Shown here piece by piece: positions 39,775 through 50,600 of a stretch of DNA of 64,000 bases. The stretch is from Peribolospora baueri. Taxonomy: Eukaryota. A model generated the notes under the pieces. It made no database searches and was not told where the DNA came from. It worked only from the letters and a program-made list of their open reading frames with translations. The DNA lies in the NCBI GenBank assembly GCA_029717555.1, contig JAMDHS010000001.1, positions 496,001 through 560,000 of the forward strand, given 5' to 3'. The translations under genes were made by a program, and so were the position numbers. The stretch's first letter is position 1; every line of letters begins with the position of its first letter.

Positions 39775-40314
39775 GGCGTGCGGGAATGGATGAGAGAGCT
39801 ACTGGCTTTGGGTCGTCGTGATGGTTCGTGGGTAGCTGTGGACGAGGGTTAGAGCGCGAGCGTGGAAAGGGTTAAGAGAGGAGTGTAGCGTCGGCGAATA
39901 AAGGAACGAGCGTCGGAGTGAGGAGGAAGAAAGCAGTCAAGCAGTGAGGAAGACTGGAGCAAAGAGGAAAGAGAGGAAGAGGAAGAAAGAGAGGGTGATG
40001 AAGGTGGGGGATGACAAGGTGATGGCAACGACGACGATGATGGCGGTGAGGTTGATGATGATGATGACCGCCGCCGTCCGTCCGGCTGAACGCGACGCAC
40101 GTGACCGCTATTCGCCGTCGATCAGAGACACAAATCCGGACCTTCCATCGTCATCATCCTAAACACCATCCCTCCTACATCGACCGCCCTATCCTCCCTC
40201 GCCCCCTTTGCCCTCTTCTCTTCACCTCCCGTCTCTTGAGAGTGAGCTCACCGGACAATCAGACCGCGCCGCCGGTCTGATACGCCCCCATAGCGCACCG
40301 TACCCCCCTGCCGC

Positions 40315-43300
40315 ATGGACACAGCAAGCGCGATGGTGGACTACGAGATGAACGTGGACTTGATCAAGGAGGAAGAGGAGGATGAAAGGGCCAGCCAGTC
40401 CCCAGGACCCATACGCGCGTACGCCAAGCTTGAGTTCCCCGGCTTTTCCTACTATGTCCAGACGCTTGAGGTCACCATCGGCCGAAGACCGCTGGTCGCC
40501 ACCGCCGCTGGCGTCAAGGGCGGCGATAACCAGCCGTCGAGAGGCGCAGCGAACGGACAGGTGGGAACGGCGACGGGGACAGGCTCGCGGAAACGACCGA
40601 GGGATGAGGCGTTTCCCCCTTCTCCGTCTTCCATCTCTGCCGTCAGTTCGGTCACCTCGACGCCCATGCAAGGTTCCATGACTTCTCCGCCTCAGCCTTC
40701 GTCTGGCCAGCCAGTCGTCGACGTCGACCTCGGCCCTCTTAAATCCATCTCTCGTCTTCACGCTCGCATATTTTACGACTTTGCAGCAGAAGAGAACACC
40801 CACGACGACGGCGTTGGGCCGAGCTTTCGCGGCAGGCACCACCAGACCAGAACTCGCTTCATGCTCGAGGTCAGAGGCAGGAATGGCGCTTTCGTCGACG
40901 ACGTCTTCGTCCCTTGCGGTGGCATTGTTGGACTAGGAAAGAGGTGTGCATAGCGAGAGCGGTCATATCATGTCCTTGTCGTCGCTGATGCGCGTATGCG
41001 GGCTGACGTTTTCTCCACCGCTTCATCTGTTATCAAGGACAAAGATCCAGATCGCAGAGCGCGTATTCTACTTCGTTCTTCCTTCTCAGTCTTTCTTGGA
41101 CGTTCCACCACTATCAGCACCTCTGCAGGTCCAGACCGTCGTCCAGGCGCGACAGCCGGGTAAGCATCTGCCGTCGAAACCCTCGCCGAATCCTACGGTC
41201 CAGCCCCCGCCCAAGTCGGCGCCGACGTCACAGCCTCGTCTGCAACCGGTCCGCCCCGCCCCTCTTACCCAGCCGTTTGGACCTCCGCCTCCTACGGTGA
41301 CTGTTTCGCCCTTCATACCTCCATCCTCTGGCCCCGTTCCCACCGTCTCACCCAGGCCGCCAGTGTCTTCTGCGACGCAAACGCAAGCCAATCCCGTTGT
41401 GTCGGCCCACCCAGCCCCCATCACACCAGCAGCTGTCCGTCCACCAGCCCCCACAACCTCAGTAGCGATGGCACAACCACTACCAGCTCCAGCTCGGTCA
41501 CTCCCAGTTCGCCCGGCCCCAGCAGTCTCGTCCGCTCCCGCGTCAACACCTGCGCCGATAGCACGACCACCGCCACGACCAAATCCGGTGAGACCGCCGC
41601 CTCAAACGCACTCGGCACCACCAGCGCAAGCCAAGTCTGTTACATTGCCCACTCCAGCCTTGTCCACTCCAAGCCCTGCTCCAGCGCCTTCTGCCCGCGC
41701 AGCGCCATCGGTTCCGCCAGCGCCCACTGTTGCCCCATCACCACCACCAGCGCAACCACCGCCGCGAATAGGACCATTAAGGCCGCCTTATACCCACGTG
41801 GCCCTGATAGCCCAAGCCCTACTTTCTCCCAAGGCGAAGGAGAGAGGTGGGAAGATGACACTACACGAGGTCTACGACTTCATCATGAAGAAGTGGGAGT
41901 GGTATCGGGACGTAAAGTCGGGGTGGCAGGGCAAGGTCCGACAAGCGCTGGCGTCCAACTCGAAAGCGTTCGCCAAAGTCACCCGACAACCGAACGAGCC
42001 GGGCAAGGGTGCTTTCTGGGTGCTCAACCCGGGACAGGAGCACTTGGCAGAGGAGAAAGACCCAAACCTGCCGTCGGAGGAGGAGCAACAGGCTCTGGCG
42101 ATGGCGCGGGCGGCCAAATGGGCTGCCGTGGACTTTGTCAGAGCCGCGGCGTCGGCTTTGGCAGGCGTCAAGCTAACATCACCTTTCAAGGTTGTTGTGG
42201 GCGTTCCACAGGCGAACGCCGCGCGAGCGCCAAAATCACCGGCGGCCAAGCCGGGCTCGCTCGAAGCGCTGCTGACCGAGCCGCCTTTGGAGGTGCACCA
42301 AAGCAACCTAATGCTCCATCCTGCCGTTTTCTCTCATCTCGCTGCCGAGCAAAGACAGCATATCCAAAGCCTGCCCGCTGCAAAGGCGCTCGAGATCTGC
42401 CAAGCGTACGTTGTCCAACACCTCAAAGACCGCGTGGGATGGAAGCCGCCTCCACCGGCGACCTCTAAACCTGCCCAGATACCGCGATCCGCACAGGCAC
42501 AGGCTGCGAATGCGGCTACGCCACGGTCGATGCCAGCCACGTCCAGATCCTACAGGCCGCCGACGACATCAGCAGCTGCGACAGCGCCCTTTCCGGCCGC
42601 TTATCCGGCGACTACGAAAGGTACACCCTTCCCCGTCTCCTACTCATCCGCAAGGCCGGTACCAGCGAATAGTAGCAGCAGCCTCTCTTTGCCCTCCTCA
42701 TCCGATCCGATGGGGGCCCTTGCAGCCCTAGCGACCTCCCCCAATGGCGCGGCGCTCTTCGAGATCCTTAAACACGTCGCCGCGCAGCAGCAGGCGCATC
42801 AGCCGCCCACATTAGGCGGCTATCAGCTCAACCAGGCGCAGCTGAACCTCATCGCTATCGCGCAGGCTCAGCTCATCCAGCAGTCTCAACAGCAACAACA
42901 GCACCAGGGGCAGGGGCAAGGTTTCCAAGCGAGCACGCCGGCGACAAGGCCTGGTCCGTCGTCTTCGTCGGTCGCTGCTGCCCCTGGCATCAGCCGGGCA
43001 GGAAGCGGAACAGTGGCGGGAGGCGATGGGACGAGTGTGGCGGCGGGAGGAACATCCAAGGGGGGAGGACCGTCGATGGCTTCGACGATGACGGCAATGA
43101 CAGCGACGATGACGGCAATGACAGCGACGATGACGGCAGGGTCGACACCTTACGTCGTGGACCCTTCGGCTTTCAAACCGCACCCTTCCGTCCTCACAGC
43201 CAAGCCATTATCCACCTCTTCACCCTCCCCCTCGCCTTCTCCCTCTCTCTCCGTTGCCACCGGTGGGCCTTCATCGTCACGACAATCAGCACCATCACCA

Positions 43301-43744
43301 TCACCATCATCATCGTCATCACCATTACCATTACCCCAGCAGCAGCAGCAGCAGCATTTGGCAAGCAAGTCCATGGATGCACTGACAGGGACGTCCACGG
43401 CGTCCCACAGACCAACCCCGCCACCACCTCCGCCTCCGCCGCAACCAAACCTTGGAGCCGGGGTTGGAGGTGGTGGAGGAAGCGGTGGAGGAAAAGGCTC
43501 AGGATTGGACTCCACAGGAACACCAGGCGCAGCAGAAGCTCGGTTAGCGTCAGGGGGTGGGGATGGGAATGCAGACGCGGGGGCGAGCGGCAGCGGACCT
43601 TCCCCCTCTCCCGTTCCGTCGACAGCCGCGGAGACTGGAACCGTATGGCCTCCATCTTCGTCGTCGGCGCTCGCTTCGCCACCGCCGTCCGCGCCGCCTG
43701 CAGCTGCTCCGTCGCCGGCACCGCATGCTACACCTACACAGTGA
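40315..43744 (+). CDS. FHL1: FHA + forkhead transcription factor, Fhl1-like
   Basis: AYAKLEFPGFSYYVQTLEVTIGR, DLGPLKSISRLHARI, GRNGAFVDD (FHA); RPPYTHVALIAQAL...TLHEVYDFI...GKGAFW (forkhead). One intron at ~40944-41037. Confidence 0.82.
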
Positions 43745-44139
43745 CGGTGCGAGGCGAGGTGGAATGGGATTATAGAACCAAGGCATCGGCGGGATGGACG
43801 GACAAGACGTTTTTCTTCGACTCGGCATGTGAAAGAATCCTATCTCTCTCTTTCGAGCTCCTCCCATCCCAGGGTCACGCCACGCCAGTCGTCACACCCT
43901 TGCGTGGTCCCCAGTCGTAGATACCATACGCCGACCTGTCAGATTCGTGTGAACTAAACCCGATCGTGCACGTCGATACGGGGCGGACGACGCTGACGAT
44001 CTCGCATGCATGTGAACAGCACACCACGGCCAACTAAAATACTGACTGTTTGCAAAACCCCTTCCCGGGTGATATGAATACGAAGGCGCGATCGACTAGG
44101 TGGGCGAGCGGACCACAGTGGTCACAACAACCCTCTTCA

Positions 44140-45088
44140 TCATCCTTCCATCCGCTCCGTCTCGTCCTCCCTCCAGCCCTTTCCAGGCCCTCCGCGCCCG
44201 ATATCTGTGGCCGGACCAGCTCCGCCAAGGTCGCCACGGCGGTAGTCTTCGATGACGGTCTTCATTCGCGCTCGCTCTGAGCGCGCGGAGTTTCGACAAA
44301 TCTCCCTGGAAGGAAAGAAAGAAGAAAAAAAGGGCACGAATCAGATCAACTTGTCTGTCGTTCAGCGCCTTCCCCCGAACCCGAACCCGAAGAGCCACGA
44401 CCCAAGCCGAGCAACGCAATGCCAGCATGGGGTCGTACAAGACAAAACCGTATAAGGATGCTCACCAATTGACGATGGCAATGAACACAAAACTGCCCAC
44501 GGCCCAGTTTGCCGCCTTCTTGACGCCCCTTCCGCCGGCCCAGGAGATGCCGAAGACGCCGAGACTGGCTCCGATGCCGTATAGAAGGGAGGAGCGAGCG
44601 CATGGGACCTTCGGAAGGTTGGCGAGGTCCTCGACAGGATTTATTCGCTGTGAAAAGAGAAACGGGGGGACGGGGGTTTAAATCAAGGAACACGGCCGAT
44701 TCGGGCAGGTTCCAAGCACCGACGAGCGCGGCCATCATGACATTCGTCGATTGCGGGTTTACGATGCCTGGCGCATAGCTAAACCGGGAAAAGTTACCGT
44801 TCACTAACCTTCAACGCCACCTTCCATTTCAACTCCTCAGCCTTCGTGTGGAGTGGACGGGTAGTGGGCACAACGCATGGAACGAGGGACGGAGTGAACA
44901 GGGCAAGTGGCATTCAGCGAATGCTCGTGTCGGTATACAGGACATTTTAAAAATGATAGACCCCTTGGGCGAGGAAAAGAAGACAAGGACGAGGACAGGA
45001 CGGACGGACGCACCTCTTCCCGCGACAACCCGGGCATGGCGCCTGCTAGAGGCGTCTCCTTCTCTGGTCGGTCTTTACCGCCGTCCAT
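44140..45088 (-). CDS. COX20: Cytochrome c oxidase assembly protein Cox20, 4 exons
   Basis: Spliced product MDGGKD...SREE|AEELKWKVALK|RINPVEDLANLPKVPCARSSLLYGIGASLGVFGISW...KAANWAVGSFVFIAIVNW|EICRNSARSERARMK...EG*. PCARxSLL and AANWAVGSF are Cox20 hallmarks. Confidence 0.88.
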
Positions 45089-45239
45089 GTGTCCATCAGG
45101 AGCGTCGAAGGAGGAGACCTAGGAGGTGGGTCGGGGTTAAGGGAACGAAAAGCTCGTCTCGGGTCAGCTTGATCTTATTCCGGAGCAGCCCTGTTCAGCT
45201 CCGCCCTACCCGACCGGCGAAAGAAGATTCAGAGAGCGC

Positions 45240-45860
45240 CTAGCGTATGATGGCGCCCTTGCAAAAGGGGTATCAGCAAAGCCGTGATGGCTCATGACTG
45301 GTGCCAGCAAATGCTTTCATCCTTTTTTTTTACTCTCTCTCTTTCGCCCGCGGTCTCGTCTCCCTTCTCGAATGGAACGCGGAGCACTCACTGGAATGGA
45401 CTGACGATCGTGGTTGGAAAGGACAAAGGCGGCAAGATAGATCGCCCCCCTCGGGCCGGGAAAATCCTTCGGACGCATCGGAGCGTTCCACTAACCCTAA
45501 CCTACTGTACGGCAAGACGGCTTCTTTGGATTCGAGCGTTGGTGGGGTACGTAGCTTTGCGAAAAAGGAGAGAAAACGATAATGCGCCTATCCCGACGTA
45601 CTCAACTGGTCCGGTACCAGTTCGCGGTTCAGAGAGATGATAGATAATACATTGGTCTGAAGAGTGCGAATACGAGTGCAGTGCCATGGCGCCTCCGCCC
45701 TCCGTTCCTGGGTGTCGCCTCACAGGTCTAACGTTAATAAAAGACACAAGCAGGGTGCGAAAGCGAACTGGAAGAAGCGCGAATCACACGACCAGGCATA
45801 GGGGACACCTGAGATGGTGGTGCCCGAGCGAATTGAATCAGGGGAATCGACGTCGGTCGG
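45240..45860 (+). ncRNA. Candidate structured ncRNA, possibly telomerase RNA core (boundaries unknown)
   Basis: CTAACCCTAACC at 45491-45502, with the helix 45373-45380/45483-45490 directly 5' of it and several nested helices 3' of it. No credible CDS in this gap. Confidence 0.35.
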
Positions 45861-45869
45861 GGCAAAAGT

Positions 45870-47143
45870 TCAAGCGCTTCCGCAGCTTCCTTCGATGTCT
45901 TTTTCCTCCTTCTCCAACCTCCGCATCGTGGCCTCCAATACTCTCTTTCGCATTGCCTCTCTACCCATCTCCCCGCCTTCAAGTGGAGTGTTCCCTTCCC
46001 TGCCGCCCAGGACGTATCCTTCTCCACGTCCAAAGCCCGATGGTGGCGACGCGAGACCCGCGCCCGCATAGGCCGGCGGCGAAGGAGGGACGTAGACGTC
46101 GCCATCGCCCACCGTACGCCCTCTTCGCTCCCCTTCTTCGTAAGCCGCTACTTCAGCGTTGAGCTGTCGGTTGAGTAAGGTGGAAGGGCGGAAAATGGAA
46201 GGATGGCGAGAGCGAAAAAGTGCGATTCAGCGCGGGAAAGGAGGGCGAAAGGGTTCACCCATAAGCCACTCACCCGAGAGTTGAGCATCTTGAAAGGATT
46301 CAGGTGCGGCCCGTGCTCGATGTGCGCCAACTCGTGCAGCAACACCTGCCTGACGTTCAGATAGGGCCTCCAACCCTCGAGGTCGTCCGAGCGGAGTCTG
46401 AGCCGTATTCGCCTCCCGCGGTCCTCGTTCACGCCTAGGATCTCAGGGTTCTCAAACGGGAGTAGCTCGCCTAGTTCTCCGACTTGGTAGTTGTGCGAGC
46501 GCATGACATGCAAAATGGCCCAGTCCGTGGAAAGGCGCTGGAGGAAAGCGAGAGCGCGCTCGGGTGAGGGGAGCGTCGGGAGAGGATGGGGGACGAGACG
46601 GTGGAAGGGCGACGGTTCGGGCCGGGAAGTCACTCGCGGCTGTTTGTAACGCAAGACGTACGAAGAGGTATGGTTGGAGGTAGAAAGGGATGAGAACGCA
46701 TGCTCTTGTGGCGAGAAGCGCACTGACCACGTCCCGCGGAGACAACCCACCTTTGCGCCTTTCATATACGGTGGCAACGGCCGTTCTCGCACAATCTTTG
46801 TCCTATCCGCCCTCCTTACCTCCTTCACATCCTCCGCCGTGCTTCCCAAGATCGTCAACCGCATCCCGTCCCTCAACCCGGCTTCCTCCAGCGTGCTCTC
46901 CTCGACCCGCCCCCCATCCCCTCCGCCTCCGAGATTCACGTTCCTGGCGCGAGCGATGAGAATTTTCTGGTTTTCGGGAGGAATGGAGGTGATCTCAAAT
47001 AGAGCATCGCGAAGGGAGGATACACCGGCATCGTTAGGAAAGCGAAGGACATGAGAGACGCCCCGGTGGGTGGCGTGGAGGGTGAGCGTCCGGCTAGTGG
47101 AGGGTCCGGCGTCCGGGCTGGGCGAAGCGACGGCGTGCTGCAT
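45870..47143 (-). CDS. Ubiquitin-like + WLM (Wss1-like) metalloprotease, 3 exons
   Basis: N-terminal UBL (ITSIPPENQKIL...LTILGS); WLM domain MRSHNYQVGELGEL, LGVNEDRG...IRLRLR, HELAHIEHGPH (HExxH); tail ...IEGSCGSA*. Confidence 0.88.
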
Positions 47144-47621
47144 GAAGAGGTAACGGGTCTTGCGACACAAGGGATTACGCTGTGACGGAGACAGATAGAA
47201 CTGGAGTGGCAAGGGTGAGCAGACCCGGAGTTGGTTGTAGCAGCTCTTCTTGTCCTCCCCGTCCGTCGTTCATCTCTCCCTCATGACCGCTTCGACGACG
47301 TCTACTTGCACGGGCCACGTACGCCCCACCTGCGCCGCTGATTAAGCTCGAGGCGCTCGACTAGGGTTGTGACCGCAGTCAATATTTTCCCTCTCGCGCT
47401 CCGAGGTCAGTGCGTACGGAGGCAACGCGAGATTCGTTTCTTCTTCCAGTCCCAATCTCCCTTTGTCGCCACGCTGCCGCTCGCCTCTCTCGTCGACATA
47501 GACGCATCAAGACAACCCATCTCGGCGTCCATTTCGGCTACGCAGAGGAAGGTGTCCGAAAAGGAAGAACAGCTTTCGCAAGCGGTCGGCAGCCTCCCCG
47601 CGGCCCGTCACCGTCACCATC

Positions 47622-50600
47622 ATGCTGCCAGCCTCGAGACGAACGGCCGCCTCAGCGCGAGCCAGGAGCATGGCCGCCAGGAATCCACCCCTCCTCTCCT
47701 CGGCCATCCTACGGGCCGCTGTCTCCTACCCGTCCACACTCCCGTCTCGCAATCTTTGGCCAAAACATTCTTCGTCCACCGCCGGAGCCTCCGCTGAGCC
47801 TTCTTCCTCCCCTTCTTCGGCCACCTCCGACTTTCCACGGAACTCCCCACCCACCTTCTCCGATTCTCCCTCGCCTTTCATTCGACCTGTCCCCTTCTCC
47901 ATACCCGATCGCACCGTACTGCCCACCCCTCTTCCCCACGACGTCCTCGAGAAGGTATCATCGCCTTTCAAGGCCTGGGTCCAGAAGGGCGATAATGACA
48001 TTGCTGAGCTCCACTCGGCTTCCCTCCACGAGGGCATGTTCCCCTCTACCTACAATCTCGAGAACCTTGCTATCCTGAATGCGTGCCTTTCCATAGGCCT
48101 CATTGGGCGCGCAAAGGTCATCTTCACCCAGATGCGCAGGGAGGCCAAGCAGCGCGTGCTGGCGGCCGCCTACGCCGCCAAGAAGGGAGAGGCCAAGGCT
48201 CTTCAAGAGCCTATGTCTATGAGCTCTCTGGACGCTCGCGTCTACGACTCCTTTATCAAGGCCGTGCTTCTCCATGCCGCCAAGCAAAGCGATTCCGAGA
48301 CGAAGACTAGCTTAGTCGAGGAGGCCTGGTCTTTGTTCAAGCAGATGGACGCCGCAGATGCGGTATCTGGTGACCCTACGTTTGAGGCGGCTTTTGGAGC
48401 GGAGGAAGATGGGCATCGCACGGACTGGCCGGTAGTCCCTTATGACCCTCTGCCGAGCGCGGTCACTTACGCTGTCCTGTTGCAAGGTATTGTTCGGTGA
48501 GCACGCTAGACTAGACCATCACGATCGTCTCCTCTTCCTTGGGTTGCCTTTCCGTTTGACTGGAGGACTGAGCTAACCGCAAATGTTCGATTTGTCACGC
48601 CCTTCAGTGCCGACCCGGTATCGCCCCGCCCCGACGAACTGCTTTCCTCTCTCCTATCCTCAATCCGCCGTCGCAACATCCCTTTGTCGACTGTCTTCTC
48701 TGCCCTCCCTTCTCCTTATTCTGATGTCAAGACTGCCGCTACCGCTGACGAAGACGCTACAGACGATGCCTCCGCTACCGCCGACTCCGGCGAAACCCGC
48801 GCCGCCCAGGGGCCAGATGCAGCGCAAGTAATGGACCGTCTGGCAGTTGTAGCCCTGAACAGGGGTGACATGGTTGCCGTCCGCGAGCTCGGAGAGCTGG
48901 CTGAGAAGTGGAGGAGCGAGAGACAGAAGGTTGTAGAGGAGGATCAGAAGGACGGCCAGAAGGTCGTCGTCGACGTTCCGACGCTTGTACCCGTCAAGAC
49001 GGTGCGTGGCCGTTGTTCGTTCACTCGTATCAACTTTACTGCTGTTTTGTTTCTTCTTTCGTGGCGCGGCTACGGGTCCGCCCAAGTTGGTCGGTAGACT
49101 TATGCTAATTTCGATTTCCAATGCATTCCCTTTCGACCGCAGGCCGTCAAGGACAAGACGACAGGGGAGACGACTCATGAAGTCTCTTTCAACCTTAGAA
49201 CGCTCCAAAACAGCCTGGCGACTGTGCAATCCTCCTCTGAGCTCCTCTCGGACAACTATGCTCGCCAAAAAATGCTCGAAGACTCTGCTTACGAAGCGGC
49301 GAAGAAGCGCTTCTTCCACGAGTCGGAGAAGCTCGTAGAGTTAGGCCTTCACCACACTGGGCCGATGAAGCAGCGCACGCTGCAAAGCTGGATGTGGGAG
49401 TGGTACAACAAGATGCAGGAGGCTTTGAAGGAGCGGATCGCCAAGATTGAGGAAGCCGAGCGCGGTAAGCGAAGAGGGCGGGAGCACAAGAAGTCGGCGA
49501 CGGAGATTGGTCAAGGTGCCAAGGATAAGGAGACGAATGCAGATGGGCCGGCTGAGGATGGAGTGGCTGCCAGGATGGCAGAGGAGATGGCGGCGAAGGA
49601 TACGACTGAGGAAGCGGTTGAAGGTGGAGAGCCTGTGAAGGAGCGCAAAGGAAAGAAGGTCAAGGAAGAGCCCTCGTTGGAGGACGGTAGCGGTAATCAG
49701 GGAACTAGAAGGCCTAAAGGTGGGCAACGTCTCTCCCTTTTCGGCCTTTGTCGTAACGTGCTCATCTTCATTGTTACTCCGTTTCTCTCAACTCTCTTCT
49801 TCCCCGCAGAAAACGATCAGCTCGCTCCCTTTCTCCGCCTCCTCCCCATCAAGAAGCTCGCACTGATTCCGATCCTTGAGCTGATGCGCCTACAGGGCTC
49901 TGGAGGCGTCTCAGACGGCATGAAACTGGCTCATGCAGCGATGTCTATCGGCTCCGCCGTCGAGCTGGAGTATCACGCTGAGCTGATCAAAAGGAACCCT
50001 GATAAGTTCAGCAACTCCAAGGCGGCCCAGCAGGCCTTGGGAACTAGGAACCTTTTGGACCTGCGCGCAAGGAAGGAGATCAAGAACTGGCTCGATGAGG
50101 TGGAAGTCAACAGCGTTGATTCGTGGATGCCTCGTTGGACACACCCCGTCAAGGCCAAAGTCGGCAGTTTCCTTATCGATCTCTTGAAGGACGTCGCTAC
50201 CGTGGAGAAGTCGGTTGAGATAGAGATCGACGGTGTAAAGGAGATTTAGTGAGTGGCGTTGTCTTTCCCCCTCCCTCGCCACTCCGTCGACTGACCCGTT
50301 CCTTCCACTTTCTGCAACCCAGCACTGAGGTCCAACCGGCCTTCATGCACCAGTACCAATACGTCCGCGGCCGCCGAATCGGCGTGCTCATGCTCAACTC
50401 CGTCGTCTCCGACCGACTTCAGCAGGACCCATTGGTGGATACGCTACACCCGAGGCACCTGCCAATGCTTGTCCCTCCCAAGCCTTGGTTGGACTACAAG
50501 AGCGGAGGGTACTATACGAATGAAAGTGGGTGCCAGGAGCCGACGGTGGGAGTAGAGGAGTATGTTTACTTCGCTTTTGCTCACCCATCCTTGTCGTTGC

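Noticed and set aside
45455..45480. GGGAAAATCCTTCGGAC as RNase P/MRP CR-I
   Set aside because: Imperfect match, and no CR-V partner (AC...GGGGCTYA-like) downstream to form P4.
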